From the NCBI GenBank assembly GCA_965200965.1, contig OZ241744.1:1408001-1472000 (forward strand): a DNA stretch of 64,000 nucleotides. The letters are read 5' to 3'. Shown here one piece after another: positions 59,510 through 64,000 of the stretch. Origin of the DNA: an uncultured Candidatus Binatia bacterium (GTDB taxonomy: Bacteria > Desulfobacterota > Binatia > Bin18). How positions within the stretch are numbered: position 1 is the first letter of the stretch; the number at the start of each line of letters is the position of its first letter. Under the pieces are notes generated by a model. That model saw nothing but the letters and a program-made list of their open reading frames with translations, had not been told where the DNA came from and made no database searches. The position numbers were made by a program, and so were the translations under genes.

Positions 59510-59980
59510 CTACTGGCCGACAAAGGGTTTCCTGGCCCAGCCGTCTTCATACGGAGTGAAGAACTCGGCCTTGACCTTCAGGCTCCTGAACCGCCATCCC
59601 TCGCCGGTGCGCACATACTCCTCGGCATACTTGGCGGCCAGCCACATGGCCTGATTGCGCCCGCCCAGCGTACACGGCTGGAACAGATACCACTGGCCGG
59701 TTGCGGTGTCGCCATCCACCTCAATCAGCGGGTTCATCACCTGGTGCAGGGCAAAAGGAAAAATGTCCGCCGCGGCTTGAAAGAAGTTGCGAATCGCTTC
59801 GCGGCCCTGGTGGACGCCGAAATTGCCGCCGTCCCAGACCGCGTCTTCGGTAAAGAGGGCCGCAATCGCGTCCGCGTCGTAGTGGTCATCACACGCCGCG
59901 CAGTACTTGGCCTTGAGCTTTTTGATCGCTTCAATATCTTCGACCGTGCGCAGCCGACGTTCGAGCTGTGCCATCTCCAT
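59510..59980 (-). CDS. SnoaL/NTF2-like (BaiE/LinA-type) protein
   Basis: EDIEAIKKLKAKYC..D, FTEDAVW, H..MNP. Confidence 0.85.
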   Translation of the reverse strand: MEMAQLERRLRTVEDIEAIKKLKAKYCAACDDHYDADAIAALFTEDAVWDGGNFGVHQGREAIRNFFQAAADIFPFALHQVMNPLIEVDGDTATGQWYLFQPCTLGGRNQAMWLAAKYAEEYVRTGEGWRFRSLKVKAEFFTPYEDGWARKPFVGQ

Positions 59981-60124
59981 ACCCTGTCCTCCCCTTATCC
60001 TCCTTACCTACACCAGCCGCCCCCAAATGAAAACCTGTTCAGCCGCTCGTCCAAACGGGCGCTGGCCCCCGGCCCGGCCTTGGGTTACAATCCGGCCCAT
60101 CTGCACCAGGCCAAAGGAGGGCGT

Positions 60125-60259
60125 ATGGCGTGGCCGGTCCGCTACAAGTTGGTCGGGCTGCTGACCGCCGGCAGCATGATTAACTACCTTGACCGGGTCA
60201 ATATCATTGGCGTTGCCTTGCCCGAGGCCGAGCCGGCCGGTGTCCGGACAGGAGTCTGA
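60125..60259 (+). pseudogene. N-terminal remnant of an ACS-family MFS transporter
   Basis: AGGAGG RBS then MAWPVRY..INYLDRVNI, then truncated. Confidence 0.65.
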
Positions 60260-60261
60260 AC

Positions 60262-61470
60262 ATGCCGCACGGAATCAACAAAAAAGCCCTGGCCCTGCTG
60301 GGGCTGGGCCACCTGATGGTTGACCTGAACACCGGTGCCCTGCCGGCCCTGCTGCCGTTTCTCAAAAACTCGTTTGCCCTGTCGTACACCATGACCAGCG
60401 CCCTCATTCTGGTCGCCAATGTGTCCTCGTCTCTGGTCCAGCCAGTCTTTGGCTATCTCTCGGACCGCAGCGCCAAAGCCTGGCTGCTGCCCTGTGGAGT
60501 CATCGCCGCCACCTGCGGCATGGCCAGCGTGGGCTTGGCCGGCAGCTATCCGACCCTGCTGGCCCTGGTCTTGATCAGCGGTATCGGGATTGCGAGCTAT
60601 CATCCAGAAGCCTACAAAACCGCCTATCTTTCCACCGGGGCAAAAAAGGCGACCGGCATATCGCTGTTTTCGGTTGGCGGCAATATCGGTCTAGGCTTAG
60701 GCCCGCTGGCTGTGGCCCTGTGTCTCGCCGGCTGGGGACCCCACGGCCTGCTGCTGCTGTGGATACCGGGGCTGATCGTCGGCGGCGTGTTCATCCGCTG
60801 TCTACCGTGGCTGTCGCAGGTTCGGCTGCCGTCGCCCGAGGCGCAGAGCGAGGCACCGGCTATTCCACATGCGGCTATGGTGGTGGTGTTAGGCGTGGTC
60901 ATGCTTGGGGCATGCGTCCACGCCGGGCTTTTCACCTATGTGCCGCTGTATTTTGACGCGCGGGGAGAGGGCACGCTCGTGGTTGGCTCGATTGTGTCGC
61001 TGTTTTTGATTGCCGGCGCGGTCGGGACGCTGATCGCCGGCCCGCTGTCCGACCGCATCGGCCATAAACGCTTCCTGGTGCTGAGCTTTGGCGCGCTGTG
61101 CCCCTTGCTGCCGGTGTTCCTCCACACCGATGGGGTCCTCAGCCTGATCGTCCTGGCCCTGGTCGGTATGCTGTTGTCGCCGATGTTCGCCCTCACCCTG
61201 GTCATTGCCCAGAACCTGATGCAGGGCCGGCTGGGCACAACCGCCGGGCTGCTGACCGGGGTCGGGTTTGGCGTTGGCGGGCTGGGCGTCACCGGCCTCG
61301 GCCTGATTGCCGATACCTGGGGGGTGGCGGCGGCGATGCAGACGCTGTGCGTCCTGCCCGTGCTGCCGTGGCTGTGCATCTGCTTGCTGCCGGCCGACGG
61401 GAAGACCGAGCCGGGCCCAGACCAAGTGCCGAATACGCCGGCTGCGGTCGCCCAGCCGAGCGAAAACTGA
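60262..61470 (+). CDS. MFS transporter (Fsr-like)
   Basis: GH..VD, QPVFGYLSDR, YHPE, FSVGGNIG. Confidence 0.9.
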   Translation: MPHGINKKALALLGLGHLMVDLNTGALPALLPFLKNSFALSYTMTSALILVANVSSSLVQPVFGYLSDRSAKAWLLPCGVIAATCGMASVGLAGSYPTLLALVLISGIGIASYHPEAYKTAYLSTGAKKATGISLFSVGGNIGLGLGPLAVALCLAGWGPHGLLLLWIPGLIVGGVFIRCLPWLSQVRLPSPEAQSEAPAIPHAAMVVVLGVVMLGACVHAGLFTYVPLYFDARGEGTLVVGSIVSLFLIAGAVGTLIAGPLSDRIGHKRFLVLSFGALCPLLPVFLHTDGVLSLIVLALVGMLLSPMFALTLVIAQNLMQGRLGTTAGLLTGVGFGVGGLGVTGLGLIADTWGVAAAMQTLCVLPVLPWLCICLLPADGKTEPGPDQVPNTPAAVAQPSEN

Positions 61471-61557
61471 GAAGTTGTGTTCAGACCGTGGCTGTGCTAG
61501 GACTGAGGCACCGAGGGTGTAACTGAGAGCAGAATTTTCTGGACCTGAGAGGGAGTA

Positions 61558-61845
61558 ATGCCGCCAAGACGAAGCCGAAGCCGGAGAAGACCCCACAAAC
61601 GATCCACCACCCCAAGACCCGAACGGACTGGCGACCCCGATGCCATTGAGATGACCGGTACGGTTGTCGAAGTCCTGCCCAACGCGTTTTTTCGGGTCAA
61701 GCTCGAAAACGACCATGTTGTCCTGGCCCATGTGGCCGGCAAGATGCGCAAGTTTTTCATTAAGATTATTCAGGGCGATACCGTCACTGTCCAGCTCTCT
61801 CCGTATGATCTGGGTCGGGGGCGCATTACCTTCCGCCGCCGCTAA
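61558..61845 (+). CDS. infA: translation initiation factor IF-1
   Basis: [38 protein letters not shown]. Confidence 0.95.
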   Translation: MPPRRSRSRRRPHKRSTTPRPERTGDPDAIEMTGTVVEVLPNAFFRVKLENDHVVLAHVAGKMRKFFIKIIQGDTVTVQLSPYDLGRGRITFRRR

Positions 61846-61847
61846 GC

Positions 61848-61934
61848 CTGTCTTCCGCCTCGCGCGGCTCAGCCGGCCGTTGGGGTTCTGAGGGGTATCG
61901 CGCCTGACTGTCTTCCGCCTCGCGCGGCTCAGCC
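61848..61934. repeat. 27-bp exact direct repeat pair with a 33-bp spacer
   Basis: ctgtcttccgcctcgcgcggctcagcc at 61848 and 61908. Confidence 0.85.
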
Positions 61935-62918
61935 CTCTCCGCCGCCGACCACCGACTCTGGTGCCTGCCCGGCGGCAACCCGCTGGATATTGGCAAAGCC
62001 AAAGCTGATCCGCCGTGCCCAGGTGTCGAGCGTAACGCCGGCGATGTGCGGGGTGAGAACGACATTGTCCAGGCTGAGCAGCGGACTGTCGGTCGGCATG
62101 GGCTCGGCGGAAAACACGTCCAACCCGGCTCCGGCAATCTGTTTGGCGCGCAGGGCTTCAATCAGCGCGGGCTCGTCAACCACCGGACCGCGCGAGGTAT
62201 TGACCAGGATGGCCGAGGTTTTCATCAAACTGAGCGCACGGGCGTTGATGATTCCCTGTGTGCGCTCGGTCAGCGGGGTGTGGACCGACACGACATCGGC
62301 CTGACCCAGCAACTCGTCGAGGGGCAGGCTGACGGCGCTCAGCTCGCGCTCAAGCTCGGCCGGTGCCCGGACCGTATCGTAGTAGCGAATCGTGGCCTCA
62401 AAGCCGTTCGCCAAGCGGGCCAAGTAGCGACCGATTCGGCCAAAACCAACAATCCCCAGGGTCTTGGCCCGGAACTCGCGCATCCCCAGGGTTTCCTGGA
62501 GACCCAGCCAGCGCCCCTGGTGGAGGCTGTCGTGGTGCAGGAGCAGTTTTTTATACACGGCCAAAATCAGCAGCAGGGCGTGTTCGGCTACCGTTGGGGC
62601 GTTGGCTCCGCCGTTGTTGGCGACTGGAATCCCGACCTGTTGAAAGGCGGCCAGGTCGAGCCATTCATAGCCCGCGCTCAGGACCTGGAAGAGTTTGAGG
62701 CGGCTGGCCACGGCAATCTCTCGCTGGGACGGGTTGCCCGGATAGCCGAGCAGGAAGTCGGCCTGGGCGATTTTTTCGCGCCGCCGCTCGGCTGGCGCGT
62801 CCTGTTCGAGCAATTCAAGACGGAAACCCGACGGTGTCTGGGCGGCAGCCATGTCAAGGATCTGTTGCGGCACGGAGCGCCGGGAGTAGAGAAAGACAAT
62901 CGTGTGGGGTTCACTCAT
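61929..62918 (-). CDS. D-2-hydroxyacid dehydrogenase
   Basis: VAEH, GIVGFGRIG, NTSRG, GLDVF..EP, TPHIAG. Confidence 0.9.
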   Translation of the reverse strand: MSEPHTIVFLYSRRSVPQQILDMAAAQTPSGFRLELLEQDAPAERRREKIAQADFLLGYPGNPSQREIAVASRLKLFQVLSAGYEWLDLAAFQQVGIPVANNGGANAPTVAEHALLLILAVYKKLLLHHDSLHQGRWLGLQETLGMREFRAKTLGIVGFGRIGRYLARLANGFEATIRYYDTVRAPAELERELSAVSLPLDELLGQADVVSVHTPLTERTQGIINARALSLMKTSAILVNTSRGPVVDEPALIEALRAKQIAGAGLDVFSAEPMPTDSPLLSLDNVVLTPHIAGVTLDTWARRISFGFANIQRVAAGQAPESVVGGGEG

Positions 62919-62941
62919 CGCAGCTTCCCTCCTGTGGAGCC

Positions 62942-64000
62942 CTAGCCGAAGTGGGCCAGGATACGACATAAGATCTGGAAGCCTTGGCGCATATGGGTGA
63001 GTTCGGCAAATTCGTTCGGCGCGTGATAGGTGTCCAGACGGCCAAAGCCGGTAATCTGAATATCAAAACCGTGTGTTTGCAGCATCCGCACATAGGGCAG
63101 ACCGCCCGTCACTGAAAACGGACGGGAGTCGGGCCGCACCGCAGTCACTGCCTCAGCCAGGGCCTGGTAGCCGACCGAGCTGCGGTCGCACGCAATGCCG
63201 CCGACCGGCGCGCCAATGCTCTCCAGTTTGACCGTCCCGACCTCGCTTGGTCCCAGCCGGTAGCGGCTCGGCCCGAGCGTGGGCAGCTTCAGGATATCGA
63301 GCGTGGTGATAAACGCCGTGGCTCCGTCGCGGACCTCGTGGGGGGAATACCACGGCGTGAGACGGATATCGCCCTCCACCACCGCGGTGGCCGGAATCTT
63401 GGTCAGGCTGTCGTTGTGAACCGTGACCCGGGTCGGCTTGAGCGAGGAGGGGGCCCGAAAGCCGTACTCCCGCTCTTTGGGATGGGGCGGATAGTGCTCA
63501 TAAAACCAGCGCTGCAAGGCCCGGGTTACCTCAAAGGCCAGCTCGGCGGCGTTAATCCCGTCCTGCGGAAAACCGGAGTGGGAGACCTTGCCCTCCACCA
63601 CCAGCCGCCACGGTGCCATGCCGCCGGTCGCCAGGGTCGGCCCGAAGTCGGCGCTATCGAGCCAGTACACCGGCCCGTTTTTGAGGTGCGTGAGCCTGCC
63701 GTCCTGCACCAGCTTGCCGATGCCGATACCGCTGACCCGCGAGAGTTCTTCGTTAGCGATAATGACGCCGACAACAGTCCGGTCGAGACGGACTTCCGAC
63801 TCGGCCAGTTGGCGAAACAGATCGGTCAGGACCGCCACATGTCCCAGACAGTCGGTGACCCCCCGGCCGTATAAGCGGTCGCCCTCAATGTGGAGCTGAA
63901 ACGGCGGACGTTGCCACTCGGCCGGGTCGGCCGGCACGACATCAAGATGCGCCCCGACAAAGGCGACCGTGCGGGTGCTGCGGCCCGGGTAGGTAATGAT
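62942..64000 (-). CDS. M20 acetylornithine deacetylase-like peptidase (5' end outside window)
   Basis: GAHLDVVPA, GRGVTDCLGH, ANEE, HSG, YHAPNE. Confidence 0.85.
   Translation of the reverse strand: MITYPGRSTRTVAFVGAHLDVVPADPAEWQRPPFQLHIEGDRLYGRGVTDCLGHVAVLTDLFRQLAESEVRLDRTVVGVIIANEELSRVSGIGIGKLVQDGRLTHLKNGPVYWLDSADFGPTLATGGMAPWRLVVEGKVSHSGFPQDGINAAELAFEVTRALQRWFYEHYPPHPKEREYGFRAPSSLKPTRVTVHNDSLTKIPATAVVEGDIRLTPWYSPHEVRDGATAFITTLDILKLPTLGPSRYRLGPSEVGTVKLESIGAPVGGIACDRSSVGYQALAEAVTAVRPDSRPFSVTGGLPYVRMLQTHGFDIQITGFGRLDTYHAPNEFAELTHMRQGFQILCRILAHFG

Overview
This is a GC-rich bacterial window with a mostly catabolic/housekeeping backbone: many crotonases, acyl-CoA dehydrogenase and ligase, a thiolase-DUF35 pair, LLM/F420 oxidoreductases, SDRs, amidohydrolases, a PQQ alcohol dehydrogenase cluster, coaE, pdxJ, infA and grxD-bolA. 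The gene content resembles Binatota-like, possibly host-associated bacteria (inference only). Small defence/conflict inserts interrupt the backbone. The strongest signal is in a 5-gene defence operon (9740-15889, minus strand). There the restriction-methylase gene ends in a canonical -1 slippery heptamer (T TTT TTC), followed by a 6-nt spacer and a 47-nt hairpin. A -1 shift leads directly into the specificity-subunit frame, which has no convincing start of its own, so the locus may make both RM and RM-S fusion chains by programmed frameshifting. A HEPN RNase gene is coupled behind it. Other highlights: two unannotated desulforedoxin-like microproteins bracketing an amidohydrolase/crotonase/ligase operon; an MqsR-MqsA-ParA/TPR cassette bounded by a duplicated gene 3' end; a predicted lanthanide-dependent PQQ dehydrogenase; and several decayed defence genes. 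No rRNA, tRNA, cas genes, transposase or integrase were recognised. All calls come from reading motifs by eye; no database searches were run.
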